From the human T2T-CHM13v2.0 reference genome, Homo sapiens: DNA of 64,000 nucleotides. Made by a program: the position numbers and the translations under genes. Within the stretch, counting starts at the first letter, position 1. Every line of letters begins with the position of its first letter. The notes below the pieces were generated by a model. That model had not been told where the DNA came from, searched no databases, and saw only the letters and a list, made by a program, of their open reading frames with translations. The stretch is taken from assembly GCF_009914755.1 (NCBI RefSeq), contig NC_060936.1, one strand, 5' to 3'. Of this stretch, positions 26,480 through 47,450 are shown piece after piece.

Positions 26480-27404
26480 AAAAAATATTTTAATTAACAA
26501 GTAAAAATTATAAATATTTATGGTGTACAACACTATGTTTTGATATATGTATTCATTAGGGAATGGCTAAATCAAGCTATTGAACATATGCATTACCTCA
26601 CATACTTATAATTTTTTTTGTGATGAGAACACTTTAATCTCTTAGCAATTTTCAAGTATACAATATATTGTTATTAACTGTAGTCTCTGTGATGTATGAT
26701 AAATCTCTTGAACTTATTCCTGCTGTCTCACTGAAATTTTGTGTGTTTTGACTAACATCTTCCTAATTTTCTCCACCCCTCAGCCTCTGGAAACCACCAT
26801 TTTACTCTCCGTTTCTATGAGTTTGACTTTCTTACACTCTACATATAAGTAATATCATGCAGTGTTTGTCTTTCTGTGACTGGCTTATTTCACTTAATGT
26901 AATGTCTTCCAGCTTCCTCCATTTTATTACAAATGATGTAATTTTCTTCTTTTTAAGGCTGAATAATATTCCATTGTGTATATACACCATATTTTCATTA
27001 TCCATTTATCTACTGATGAACACTTAGGTAAATTTTATACCTTGGCTATTGTGAATAGTGCGGCAATGAACATGGGAATGCAGATACTCCTTTGACATAC
27101 TGATTTTCTTTCCTTTGGACATGTACTCAGTAGTGGGATTGCTGAAACATGTGATCGCTCTGTTTTTAATTTTTTTAGGTCTCCATATTGTTTTCATAAT
27201 GCCTGTATTAATTTGTTTCCACCAACCATGTAAAATGGTTCCAATTTTTCCACATCCTCACCAACACTTGTTTTATATATATGTGTGTATATACATATAT
27301 ATATATATATATATTTTTTTTTTTTTTGGATAATAGTCATTCTAGCAGGTGTGAGGTGACATTTTAATGTGGTTTAGTATGCACTTCCCAGATGATTAGT
27401 GACA
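26480..27404 (-). mobile_element. L1MA7/8-like 3' end
   Basis: GTAAAAATTATAAATATTTATGGTGTACAAC...GAATGGCTAAATCAAGCTATTGAACATATGCATTACCTCACATAC; contains a (TA)n/T run at about 27275-27327. Confidence 0.82.
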
Positions 27405-27848
27405 TGCCCTGGAAGTCACTTTATCCAGAAAGGATGGGGCTTGCAACAATGGAGGGAAGTCCAACAATAGCCACTACCTCCTTGTCTACGCTGTTGTGAT
27501 CAGAAGCAGCAATCAGAAATCACAGCACAGATACCAGATATTTGGTACCATGACTCCCAAAAGCTTTGTGAAAGTTACTCCAGGATCATGTGCTGGCTAC
27601 CTCCCACGGGGAGAGAGTATGGGTGGAGATGGGTAGCTGTTACTGTGTTAAGAGCTGAAATTGACTGACATTAACCATATTTATCATCCAAACCTTCTGC
27701 TGGAAGTTGCAAGCCTTCAATGAACTTTGGAGTTCCAAAATAATTACATTAGACAGATTAGTCCAGGGTAATTTTTGTGTAGATGGGGAAACAGATTACT
27801 ATTCCTAGTGCTTCCTACTCTACCACCTTTCCAGAATCCTCCTACTCT
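27405..27848 (-). mobile_element. L1M (L1MB-type) 5' end
   Basis: GTGATCAGAAGCAGCAATCAG, GAGCTGAAATTGACTGA, GGAAGTTGCAAGCCTTCAA...GAGTTCCAAAATA, terminal CTTCCTACTCTACCACCTTTCCAGAATCC. Confidence 0.7.
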
Positions 27849-29509
27849 GTGTCACTTTTATAGAAAAATTTTTTGAGTATAGTATTCTTCACTGACAGTT
27901 TTTTTTCAGCATATTGAATATATGATCCCACTCCCTTCTGACCTGAAAACTTTCTGCTTAAAAACCCACCGGTAGTCTTATAGAGTTCTCTTGTACGTGA
28001 CAAGTCACTTTTCTCTTGCTGTTTTTAAAGTTCTCTTTGTCTTTGACTTTTAACAACTTGATTACAAATTTGTATGTATTTCTTTGGGTTTATCTTATTT
28101 GGTGTCTTTTGAATTTCTTAGATCTGAATGTCCATTTTCTTCCCAAGATTTGGTAAGTTTTCAGCCATTATTTCTTTGAACAATCTTTCTGGTCCTTTCT
28201 CTCTCCTCCTTCTAAAATATCCCTAATATGTATGTTGGCCCACTTGATGGTGATCCATAAGTCCCTTAAGTTTCTCCATTTTTTCTTTTAATTCTTATTG
28301 TTTCTTTGACTGAATTATTTCTAGTGACCTGTGCTTGGGTTCACTGATCCTTTCTGCTGCATGATCTAGTCTGCTGTTGAACCCCTCCAGTGAATATTTG
28401 GCTCATCTATTATGCATTTCTATTTCTATTTGGCACTTTAAAATATGTTTTATCTCTCTGTTGAAATCCTCACTTTTTAAATGCATGTTTTACTGACTCA
28501 GTCCACATCTTCATGAAGTTGTAACTCCAGTTCATTAGGGTTAGTCTTTGGAAATGTATCTTAATTCCCTTTTTAAAAATATCTTTGCCCAATTATTTAA
28601 TTTCCTTGACTCCCTGTGTTGATATCCGAGGGTTATTAGACAAAACAGGCAGCTATCACAGTCTTCATGAACTGGCTTCATACAGGAAAATACACCCCCA
28701 ACCCCCCATCAGCCCAGCCAGTGATTCTTATGGACATCTACTACCTCTTTACTTCCCCAGGGAGAAGCAGGAGCTATGGCTTTGTTCACTCTTTCTGTGC
28801 TGAGCTGGAGAGTGGAGTGGGGTGGTCAAACTATAGCATCTACCAACCCAAATTGGCATATTTGTTCTCTCCTGGGTAGTTAGACTGTACTGCACACATC
28901 AGAGCTTCAAGACTGGTGAAACAGATGCCAATAGTTTGAGCAGCCCTGGAGAAGTTGGAGCTCTGGTTGCACAGATCAGCTCTTTTCCTCCCTGGGGGAA
29001 GCTGAGGGCTGAAAGTTTTCATCTGCTCACTCTGTGCCAACTGGAGTTGGGGGAGAAGGAAATCAATGTTGTCTACCAACCCAAGCCACCACCTCCATTA
29101 TCCCCTGGCCAGCTAGACTATACCAGACCCATTAGAGCACCAGGTCTAGCAAGAAAGAAGGCAAACCTCTGGGGACTCCCTTGGAAATGTTGGGGTGCTG
29201 AATGTGCAACCAGCTCCTTACCTCGACTGCATGAAGCTGGAAGCTACAGGGTTTCTTCCTGAATGTATGGCCCTGCACTGGGGGCAAGGGTCTCTGACAA
29301 GACAGTATCCTGAATCTGTCCACAGGCTTTGCTATGTCTGTTTTTATGCTGTTCCAGAGTGCAGGAGCTTTTTAATTAGTTTTTGATTTCTCACAAAGGG
29401 AATTTGTCCATAAATTGTTGCTGAATTTGTGTTTGTAGGTAGAAGGAGGGTCCAGGGCTTCCTACTCTGCCATCTTACTGATGTCATTCTCTTTTGATTC
29501 ATCTTTCTT

Positions 29510-30460
29510 GATGTCTGATTCTGTGCCATCCTGTATGTTAGTCATCAGGAAATTAACAACAAACATGTCATGGTTCACCTTCCAAAGCATTTACAGTCAG
29601 TTCAGTGGGTTTGGGCTACAATATTGGGTAAGTCAAGCACCCTATGGGAGTAAATTTCAGAGACACCAACACAGATGTAGTCCTCTAGGTATCAGGGAGG
29701 ATTTTTTTTGCAAGAGTAAGCAGGAAAAAAGGAAAGTGGAACTGGGAGAGAGCACAGATAAAAAAGACAAAGAATAAATATTTTGGCCAGCATGTGAAAA
29801 ATTCCAGAGGCAATAGAATTTTTTTTTTCCACTGGGAGAACTACAATTGGAATAGTATGGATTATGGACAATAAGGTGGGGAGTGTCACTATGTGAAGCT
29901 GGAGAGATGAACAGGTCATATAATGAAAGCGTGGTGATTTATGTGAAGGACTTTATTTGAAGATAAAGGGGGTCCTATTAAAGTGCTTCAAATGGAGGAT
30001 ACATACTCAGATTTTTAAATTATAAAAATGACTTTGGAGACTGGACTAGAGCAGGTAAGACTAGAAGTGGAGACACTAATTGGGAGAATAGCAACAATCC
30101 AAAAGAGAGCAGTGGACTGAACCAAAGTAGTGCTAGTGGTGATTGAAAGAAGTGGATGAATACAAGAAGTCAGTAGGGCATTATGGGGTTATTTCATAGG
30201 AAATGAAGAGTACTGAATAAAGAATGAGGAAGAGGATGGAACCAGTGAACAATGCGGCTAGTCACCGAGAATAGAAAGATCAAGGTGGGGTAGAAACAGT
30301 GAGTTCAGTCTATGGCATGGTGAACTTTAAGCAGCCACATGACAGTCACATAGAGGTGTCCACCAGTCATTATAGGTCTGGTGATCAGGAGAAGGATCTG
30401 GGATAGAGATGTATATCTGGGAGTCAATGAGAGTAGACAAGAGTTCTCTTAGAGAAGCGT
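29510..30460 (-). mobile_element. L2 LINE (host of the L1 insertion; its tail lies at about 20580-20600)
   Basis: CTGTGCCATCCTGTATG...CATTTACAGTCAG, CAGCATGTGAAAAATTCCAGAGG, GAGTTCAGTCTATGGCATGGTGAACTT, GGGATAGAGATGTATATCTGGGAGTCA. Confidence 0.75.
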
Positions 30461-30944
30461 TAAAGAAAGCTATTATTTCTCTCAGTTTTATTGGGATGCG
30501 TAAGTGGTCATGTCATAAAGATACAAGGTTATCATAGTTTCTTTAGGGGAAAGATGTTGAGAGGTTCTGTTATCGGGACCTTTGAGAACAATCACTGGTG
30601 AAACTGAAGCAAACCTAAACTACGGAGGAAACCCTTCCTCCTCTTCCAACCCAAACCACCATTATCCCCTGGCCAGCTAGACTATACCAGATCCTGCAAG
30701 GCAAATTTCTGGTGATGCAAAGACAGAAAAGAGATTTCTTTTTTCTTTCCAGGTACTATGTGTGCTCAAATGAGTGATTAAGAGTAAAAAAAATCCCTAC
30801 TGGTACTCTTTCCTTCCACACGTGTAAACATTTGATTTATTATCTGGACACACTCTGATTTAAAGGCTAGAGCAGACATAGCTGGAAGGCTGATAAAGTG
30901 GCAGATACTGGCTTAGTGTCCTGTGCTACCTAATGAAATCACTG

Positions 30945-31045
30945 ATGTCAGAGATTACATTTTATATTCATCTCTACACTCAGTTCCTTGACCAGAGCAT
31001 GACAAAAGGCAGGTGCTCAGGAAGTATTCACTGATTATATTGAGG
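30945..31045 (+). mobile_element. L2 3'-terminal fragment
   Basis: GTCAGAGATTACATTTTATATTCATCTCTAC...GCAGGTGCTCAGGAAGTATTCACTGA. Confidence 0.5.
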
Positions 31046-31217
31046 TTTATTGTCAGAAACCCCTCATATTTTAGCAATTCCTTCCTATTTCTTAGAATGG
31101 AATGGAGATATCCAGTAGGGCAAAGTCCAGATCTTAAAGCTCATACTTTTGTGAGGGTGAAGTATTTGGAAGTTTTCTGGCATTTGTGGTCCCAGAATTG
31201 CGGAAGAGACCTCTAAA

Positions 31218-38946
<7,729 letters not shown>

Positions 38947-38964
38947 ACTACATTTCTATGTAGC

Positions 38965-39372
38965 TTAAGCCTAGTTTTCAATAGGGCTTAATGACATGCC
39001 TTGGAGAGTTCCTCTCATCAGTTTTGTTTCCACTACCTCTGGGTTGGTTTCATTTTCAGGTGATCTTTCTCTCCTGGTTGCAATATAGTTACTAGAAACC
39101 ATAAAAGCCTCCCAAGCTGAAATGCTGCAGACAAAATTTGAGAGTCTTTGGTGTGGCATCCCCCACTAAAGTCTTACTGCCTCTAACTGGATTATTTGAG
39201 TATCCATAAAACTATCATTATGATCAAGAAAATGTGAAATATTAATTAGATTAGACCTGGTTTTATTCTCTACTCTAAGGTTAAAGTATGAACTAGTTTG
39301 GAAGAGGGATTACTTCAAGGGGGACCAGTAGAGGGGGCAGTGTATGACAAGTGGCAAAAACAGTTGATGGCA
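38965..39372 (-). mobile_element. Old MLT1 (K/L-like) MaLR LTR remnant
   Basis: GGTTGGTTTCATTTTCAGG...GGTTGCAATATAG...ATCATTATGATCAAGAAAATGTGAAATATTAATTAGATTAGACCTGG...GGCAAAAACAG. Confidence 0.55.
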
Positions 39373-39695
39373 TGTGATTATTTTTCCCTCTGCATGCATG
39401 GCAAACATGAGAATCAATTATAGTACTTTTTTTCTCATTGTACCTGGACATGGCTTCAGCAACTTTGTCAACGTAGGGCTTTAGTCAGCCACTAACAATC
39501 CACAGGAGTTGGCAACCAAGATAAACATTTTATACCATCACTAGCCTAAAAGCAGAAAATACATGGAAATCCTTAAAGGAAGGCATGCTTTTACTCACCA
39601 GTAAATCAAGGAAAATGCACACTAAAAGAATTCTATAGTAAGACCAAAATTGATCATTGATGAATGGAGCATTTTTAGTTACTCCTTCCTTTGTG

Positions 39696-39698
<3 letters not shown>

Positions 39699-39744
<46 letters not shown>
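39699..39744. repeat. Compound microsatellite (TG)16(AG)7
   Basis: Read directly from the sequence. Confidence 0.97.
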
Positions 39745-40827
39745 TTTATTATGAAATATTTTGTTTATAGTTTCTGAAAAACTCTCTGAAGTTGTGAGAC
39801 AGTGATAAATTTGTTCTTTTCAGGGTGGTCATTAAAAGCATTGGAAAACATTCTGTGATTTCAGTGGCATAATGTGACCAAAATAACTCTTTATTTTTCT
39901 ACAAGAAAAATGCAAAACATAAGCAACTGAAATCAGATGTAAGCAGATTGGCTTCCTTTGAGGGCCCAGTGGTCAGAATTTTAGAAATTCTTAGCCTGAA
40001 CCCTGACTTTGTGTTACTGGCACCCAGGACTAGCATGTAGATAGCCACCCATGTGACCAGGGGAGTCCCAGGAGGCCCATTCCTTCCTGTGCCATCCTCC
40101 CAAATGCTCCCAGCATTTGCTAACTTAGGCCAGAAATTCCAGAATTAAATATTTATTTTTGTGACTTGAAAACTTTGCTTCTTTGTTCTCCTTTTAAAAT
40201 GACCCTTAGAAGGACCCTATGAAGAATGGACCATTAAGTTCTACTGGCCCTTTACAACACTATCAGGAGTGTCAATTTGTCTTTTGAAGGCAGGTTTTAT
40301 TATATGAGAGGTGGGAAAAATATTGGGGGATGGGGTACCAAAAAGGGACAAAAGTGTCCAGAAAGAGGAGGCTGAGAAAGCCAAAGACAGATGTGTTCTC
40401 TCACTTTGTTGTAATGCCTTAGCTGCAGCCTTGGGGATGTGATTCGAGAACCTCCAAATTTCACTGTGTTTATTCTGTCCATCCATTCCACGTTAATTTC
40501 ACAACATTGTTTACTTGCTATGCTGAAGGCACTTACAGCAATACAGGGACATAGTTTCTGACTGAAGAATCCTAATTACTTAATCACATGTGGAAAAATA
40601 GTAATGTCGCTCATTTTGTGTAGTGTTTCAAAAGTTTTCAAGTTAATGATCCTAAAATTGCTATGTGATTATTTGTACCCTCCAGTCTAGAAAAGTATGT
40701 TATTTTCTCAATCACAAAATGTACTTTCTCAGTGTTCTTTTGGGGTTTAGCAAGTAAGTCAACATGATAATACTGAAACATTTCACTTTGTCAATTCTGT
40801 AGTATATTTATACACTGTTCTCAGTCA

Positions 40828-41110
40828 TCTTTTCTTTTCTTTCTCTTCTTTCCTCTTTTCTTCTTTTCTTTCCTCTCCTCTTCTCTCTCTTTTGAACTCC
40901 CTCTGTCCTCTTTCCTCTTCTCCCTCACTCCTCTTCTGTATTACACCCTTTCTCTTCTTTCTTCTCTATAACCATCTCTCTGCCTCTCTTTCTATAACCC
41001 CTGTCTCTTTCCTTCTCCTTCTTTCCCTCTCTCTAAACCTGCCTCTTTTTCTTTCTTCTCCTCCCCCATCACCCTGTCTTTCTCCTTTGTTGCCTCTTTT
41101 CTGCTTTTGG
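40828..41110. repeat. CT-rich low-complexity polypyrimidine tract
   Basis: About 280 nt dominated by C/T on the + strand. Confidence 0.9.
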
Positions 41111-41535
41111 AATTTGACCTCATTTGCTCCCAGTGCACACAGACTTTTGTGTGGTGAGGAAAAGGAGGAGTTTGACCCCAGGTAGCTGTAAGTTTACACC
41201 AGCCCACCCTTCATCCTACAGAGCATGAAAAGAATGCCACTTTTTAAATGTCCATCTATAAGTTAACTCAATTAGCTGGCTTGAGTTGTGTCTACTTTAT
41301 TGGGTCAGTCACGTAGACCAGGGGGATGAGTGCCATGATGGAGCCCATCCTGGTTGTGGGCCCATCCTGGCCAACCATAGTTACTGTGATTGGCAATTCC
41401 ACTAGAACTAACTGGGGATAGGGAGTGTAGTCTCTGCCCAAAGTGGGAGTGTTATTATCAGAAGAAATTGGGAAAGAGACACTGAACACAAAAAAGAAAA
41501 ACAAAACAAAAACAAAATAAAAGGCATTATCTGTC
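41100..41535 (-). mobile_element. MLT1J/I-like MaLR LTR remnant
   Basis: GTCAGTCACGTAGACCAGGGGGATGAGTGCCATGATGG...GTGATTGGCAATTCCACTAGAAC...GTGTTATTATCAGAAGAA. Confidence 0.55.
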
Positions 41536-42674
41536 TCCCCACCCCTATGTCCAGAATGCAATTTATACATCATAGGAACTAACAACGTCACAGGTAATTT
41601 TGTCTCTAAAAAATTCATGAAATACAAGCTAAAGGCTATGAATATTTATTTTCCTGCAGTCCTAAGCTATTCTCTCCTGTTGAATGTGGTAGCTAATATG
41701 TTCTTTAACACCTAGTGACATTCACTCTAATATAAAGAACAGTCCGTTACCATATTAAAAAGCAGCTTGTGAAAGCATCACAAAACATTTAAAGACCTCT
41801 AGAATAAACTAAGGGATCAACTCAGTTCAGCCCAAATATTTGTTGAGTGTATATTTTGTCCTAACATTACCAGATTAAATTATAAATATGTCAGGAAGAA
41901 AATAATAAAATGAATAAATGATACACATTTGAAAAGGAAGAGATTTGCTAAATGTATCTACAGCGTAAGTCCTTAGACTTCGGGTCCAATGCTGAGGAGT
42001 GGGAGAGTGGACATCCTCAGAAGGGATGAGCTCTGCACACCCTCCCTTGGTGTCTGAAGGAGGTGGTGGTGGTACCCCTTGGCCACCATCTTATATTCTT
42101 CCTCCTAGCCCTTCATATGTACCATGGTAACAAGACCTTACCCTCTCGTAGTTATCACAGGGCTGTTCAGCCAATAAAATGCTTTTCTGTGCACTGTCTC
42201 ACTTGGTTCCACATCACTGCCCTGTGAGGGGGGCAGGAGAATCAGCATCAGACCTAGTGAAAGAAGGACATCCAGGGAAGTAAAGTGGCCTGTCCAATGT
42301 CACACGGATTATCAGTGAGAGAGCTAGGACTCCAATTGAACTTTTCTTAGTGCAAGATATGAATTTCGCCCACAATATGACTATAAAGCTCTCTTTCTCA
42401 GGAGAGGAATGGTGGAGAACCACGTCTTCCTTCCTCGAGTGCCCTTCCTCCCTAACTTACACTGGAGTGGTCTTATCAGAACTCTCTTTCACTGGTTCCT
42501 GATCTTCCCTGGCCTTCCACGTGCAGGTATCATTTAAGGCAGTGGGGCTCAAAGCTCATTAATTGTCACAATTCCCCTGGTGAACTTTAATACCTCTCCC
42601 AAACCCTCTTCACCTCTAATAATGGCAGAATCCTGGTCCCAACCCCTTCTTGACTTTGGCTAATATTTTGACCC

Positions 42675-43076
42675 TGTTGCAGGTCAGGATCTCCAGAAGG
42701 CAGACTCTGAGACATAGTTAGGACTGCAATAGGTTTATTGAGAAGTGATTGCGGTGAAAGAAAAAGAGCAGGATTGGGCACAGGAGCCATCAAATGGCAT
42801 GCAGATCTGATAAAGTTCCTGCCAGTCCAGTGAAGAGTCCTGTAGCAGAGAGCCTGTTAGAGGAGCACTCATTGGGTGTAAATGGCCAGGTCCTGTACTA
42901 CTGCCTTGCTCAGTTACTGTCTGGGCAAGAGTGTGACCTTGAGAAGAGTGTGACCTTGGCTTGCAAGCTGAAGAGGCTAACAGCTGGAGGTTGTCTGTTC
43001 CCCACAGCCCTGACAGATGGGCAGTGACTCTTCTCTTAAAAGCAGGTCTGAGCTGTACCTCTCCATCCATGCCACA
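42675..43076 (-). mobile_element. LTR16-family ERVL solo LTR
   Basis: TGTTGCAGGTCAGGATCTCCAGAAGGCAGACTCTGAGAC...AGGTTTATTG (AATAAA on -)...GCAGGATTGGGCA...GCCACA. Confidence 0.85.
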
Positions 43077-44504
43077 GACGTCTTTTAGTACATTGATTAG
43101 TGTTGGTTAATTGTTTTATGTTTTTAGGTCTTACTCAGTAACTACAGTAAAACCTTAAGAGTCAGGACCATTAAAAAAACTCATTCTGCAAAGCAGCGCA
43201 GTAGATTTCCTATTAGGTTATAGGTTGAATAGGAGAAAAAAAATAATTGAGTGCCTCTGGAAAAAAAAAGATGTTGATCTTCAAAACATCCACAGAAGAG
43301 AGATAAATATTACCTCTCTTGGTAACTTGACATGTTGCAACTAAGAACAAATGATACACATGAGCTTTATTTAAAATTTAGTTAAGCTTCAGGCTTTTTG
43401 GTCTGTTAGATGGCAAATATTTAATGCACTAGTGGAAACAAATTCTTAAGGTTTATACTTTGGAAGATGAATAGGTCTAAGTCAGTCACAACTCTCAGAT
43501 TTAGATTTGATTGACTAACAGGTACAACCTTGCAAAAGAAGCTGGCTGTGTTCTTGGGTGATGGGCTGGTCGTGATGCAGGTTACCAGCCCTTAGGCTTT
43601 TCTTTGTTTCCATGAGGGCTGCCACAGAACTGGCCCTAAACACTTCTGTAGCACTCTCAAGCTCAGGGAATGAATTCAGGGTCTGATGAGTGCCATCAGA
43701 AATACATCTTGCAGGAAGAGATAGTAATTGGAATAGTTGTGAATCTAGCCAGATACTTTGTATCATCCTTGTGCAGTATTACCACATGTTAGATCTTCCT
43801 GTCGTTATTTAGAAGTAACAGCTAAAGCAATCATTCCTACACACTTCATTTTGACAGTGCAAAAGCTTTAAAATATGTTTCCCTGATGGCAAAATATGCT
43901 TGATAACCAGAGAGAACTATCCTTTAAAAAGCAGTTTTTAGTGCACAAACAGCTGTCTTCCATTTTTGGCATACAAAGGGAACAACTAAAATGACTAATC
44001 TCACTAAGTATTACAATAAAAGTGCTGACAAAACCTTAACTATATACTTCACATCTTTAGTAGCCCTGTAATTACAGCTCCAGTTTAAAAAAAAAAAACA
44101 ACAAAACAAAACCACAACAACTTCTAGAGCACATTTAATTGCTATTTGCACTTATCATTGTCTTTCTTCCCATAGGAGGGTTATACACTGACCCCCAATA
44201 TCAGTCATTTATCTGTCCCGGAAAGGTAAATGTGTTATTGAATACGACATCTTTTTTTAATGTCATTTCTATTATCCTAGCAGATACTCTGGAGGATAAC
44301 TAATAGTGCTTGATCAGAATTGGGGCTTGGACAACTTAGTAAATATCATGCTGCCATCTATACTTTATTAACTGTCAACCTGCATTGATTTTTATCTTTT
44401 CCTGTACAAATAAGTTTTGTGAATTGTGTATCAGTGAAGCAGAAGCCTAACAATAATCTCCAGGACATTATATTTAGAAAATGTTCATTTAAAAATATGT
44501 TTAG

Positions 44505-44976
<472 letters not shown>

Positions 44977-45274
44977 TTCCTAACATGTTTTCATTTTCAC
45001 ATTTCCTCTTGGAATCCTGTAATGAGCTGGAGATGGGAAAAGGGATTTATGCTTCTGATCTTTTTTGAGACCCACTGGTGGGAGAGTAGGTGTTGTGACC
45101 AGTGTCTGTGGTGGCCTCTATAATTCTTAGTCCCACCTTGGACATCCTTGTTGGTTTACGGCATTAGGATGTTGGCCCCTCCCAGGAGGGCCTGTGGAGC
45201 CTATAGCCACATTCCTGCAGGTTGCAGCTGCAATGCTTAATCCTGCCAGTCTGACTGTACAAAGGACAACATCC

Positions 45275-45500
45275 TAAGGATAGTTAGGAGCACAGAGTCA
45301 GATGCTGGGTCTCCCACTTAGAAAGTGCATGACCTTGGGCAATTTTGCATAGCTTTTCTAATTCTTAGTTTTCTTACATGTATAACAGGGATACTACTAC
45401 TACATCGCTATGAGAAAAAATGAGATAATATGTATGAAGCTCTTAGCACACTGCCTGGCATAATGAAAGCATTCAGAAAGTGATGGCTATATTTATTATT
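45275..45500 (+). mobile_element. MIR SINE
   Basis: TAGTTAGGAGCACAGAGTCAGATGCTGGGT...GACCTTGGGCAA...TGTATGAAGCTCTTAGCACACTGCCTGGCATA. Confidence 0.85.
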
Positions 45501-45581
45501 TTGACTAACAGGAGACTCAGACTACAATGCAGCACGTCCGGAAAAATGTTTAGACACAGGAAGCTATTCTGGAGAAACTGC

Positions 45582-46120
45582 TTACATTAAGATTCTTTTG
45601 ACTGTAAAGAAACGAAACCTTGTTTGAACTAGCTTCCGCCAGAAGGAGACTGAATGAAAGTCATAGGGCAAAGATGAAAGGTAGAGTAAGCCTCACAGGG
45701 TGGGGCTGGGAGCTAGAAGGCACAGCTGGGCTACTCTATCTTTTCATATCATCGTGGCCTTCCCATCTCTGCCTCTGTCTATGCTTCTGTTCCCTCCCGC
45801 CCCGTCTTGACCAAATTCCTCTGCTTACTCACCTTGCGTATGACTCCAGTGGCCTTCCCGACAGCACTGATAGCAACTGGCTTGTGTGTGTCTTGATACA
45901 CAATTTGTGAGGGTCTGATTGGCCCAGCTCATCTGTTTGAGCTGGACCACATGAGTCATAAGCCACTGTCTAGCTAACGGATTGAGTTCTCTTTGGTCAG
46001 TTGTTCATCATGATCCAGTCATGGCCCATGCAGTTAAGATCATATGGGAGGATAGAGCTGCCTCTTTCAGACCAGTGGGCAGAGCAGGTTTTCTTGAAAA
46101 GATTAGGAATATCTAGTACA
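45582..46120 (-). mobile_element. MLT1N2-like MaLR LTR
   Basis: CATTAAGATTCTTTTGACTGTAAAGAAACGAAACC...GGGTCTGATTGGCCCAGCTCATC...GAATATCTAGTACA. Confidence 0.6.
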
Positions 46121-47224
46121 GTTTTCCTGAGAGACTTGACCACCCTGCTGCTGGCAGTTTTGGTGATTTAGTCCTAATGACAAGGACCCAATTATGGAGA
46201 AGTAGAGAAGTCCTAAAAACTGGTGGTGTCTCTACTTGTCTCCCCAAATGTGGCTGCTGTCAAGGTAATTGCTCAGTGAAGAAGTGTTTCTCCATCTGTG
46301 CCTTTCAGGGCAGAAGGTCAGAATGGGAAGGACTATGCCAGATTTTTCCAAGCATAGGAAAGAGCAAGTAAAGAGACTGGGGATGGAGATGGGAGGAGGC
46401 TAGGGGTAGGAGATAGTTCATGTGGGTAAGGATGCTAAATCAGTGTGGCTAGCTTGTTGAGGAACTGTGACTCCTCAGGGAGGTCAGAGAAAAGCAGGCG
46501 TGGGAAGTCCTTTAGGCTCAGGGAAGTGGCTGACCCAAGAGGGGGAATACATTCTAAATTCCTCTGGCACAGAGCCCCAGGGGCCTGGTGTTTCTCTCTG
46601 TTCTGACAAGGGAGGTGGCTGTTTGCCTGGCGGAGCTGCTCACTGCAAGCTGCAGCTGTGCCTCATTCTCCCATGTGACATTGAGTTCTCTGGAGAGCTG
46701 GACCAGGGCAGCTGGAACAGGTTAGTAAAGACAAGGATTCCCCAGATGTGTAAATCCTAAACCAGACAAGGAGTTCTTCATGTTCTCCCCAAGGAGGAAT
46801 GGTTTGGAGTCACTGACTACAGTTAAAATGCAAAAGAAGGTCTGTTGCTGTGGAGATATCTGGAATAGGGCCTAGCCCTTGAAGTAATTGATAAACACCT
46901 GAAGTCCTCGCTCCTGGTCTTGCCCAAAAGTCTTCACATTTTCACTTTGGTTGGGGGAGGTGGTAGCTTGATTATGACAAAGTCTCCTGGTCTCATTTAG
47001 TTGCCTTTTAGCAAATAATGTGACCCATTGTGCCAAGTGGATGGGAAGGGAGCTTCTCTTATTCCCTGGGCAGTAACCAAATGGTCTTAGACAAGAGAAC
47101 CAGCAATTCAGGTTTTGGATCAGTGCTTTTGTGCCCCTTACAGAGAAGGGAGAGGGTGATGGACAGCAACATGGCGAGGAGGGGAAGTCCACAGAAAGCA
47201 GTCGCCAGCAGATTGAAGCAATGA

Positions 47225-47450
47225 TAATTAAAGTAACAACAATAAGAGGTACCATTTATTTAGCACCTACCATTAGGCCTTTGCACACATTTATTTCTCC
47301 ACAAGCCCTGCAAATTAGCTATTAAAATATCTGTTGTACAGATGAAGGAACTTAAAGTGATTAAATAACTTGCCCAAATCCAGACAGTGGCTAAATTGGA
47401 GTCTGAGACTCAGTCTATCTGACACCAATGTCCATGGAAGTTCTGCTACC
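47225..47450 (-). mobile_element. MIR SINE
   Basis: CCATTTATTTAGCACCTAC...TACAGATGAAGGAACTTAAAG...TAACTTGCCCAAATC. Confidence 0.8.
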
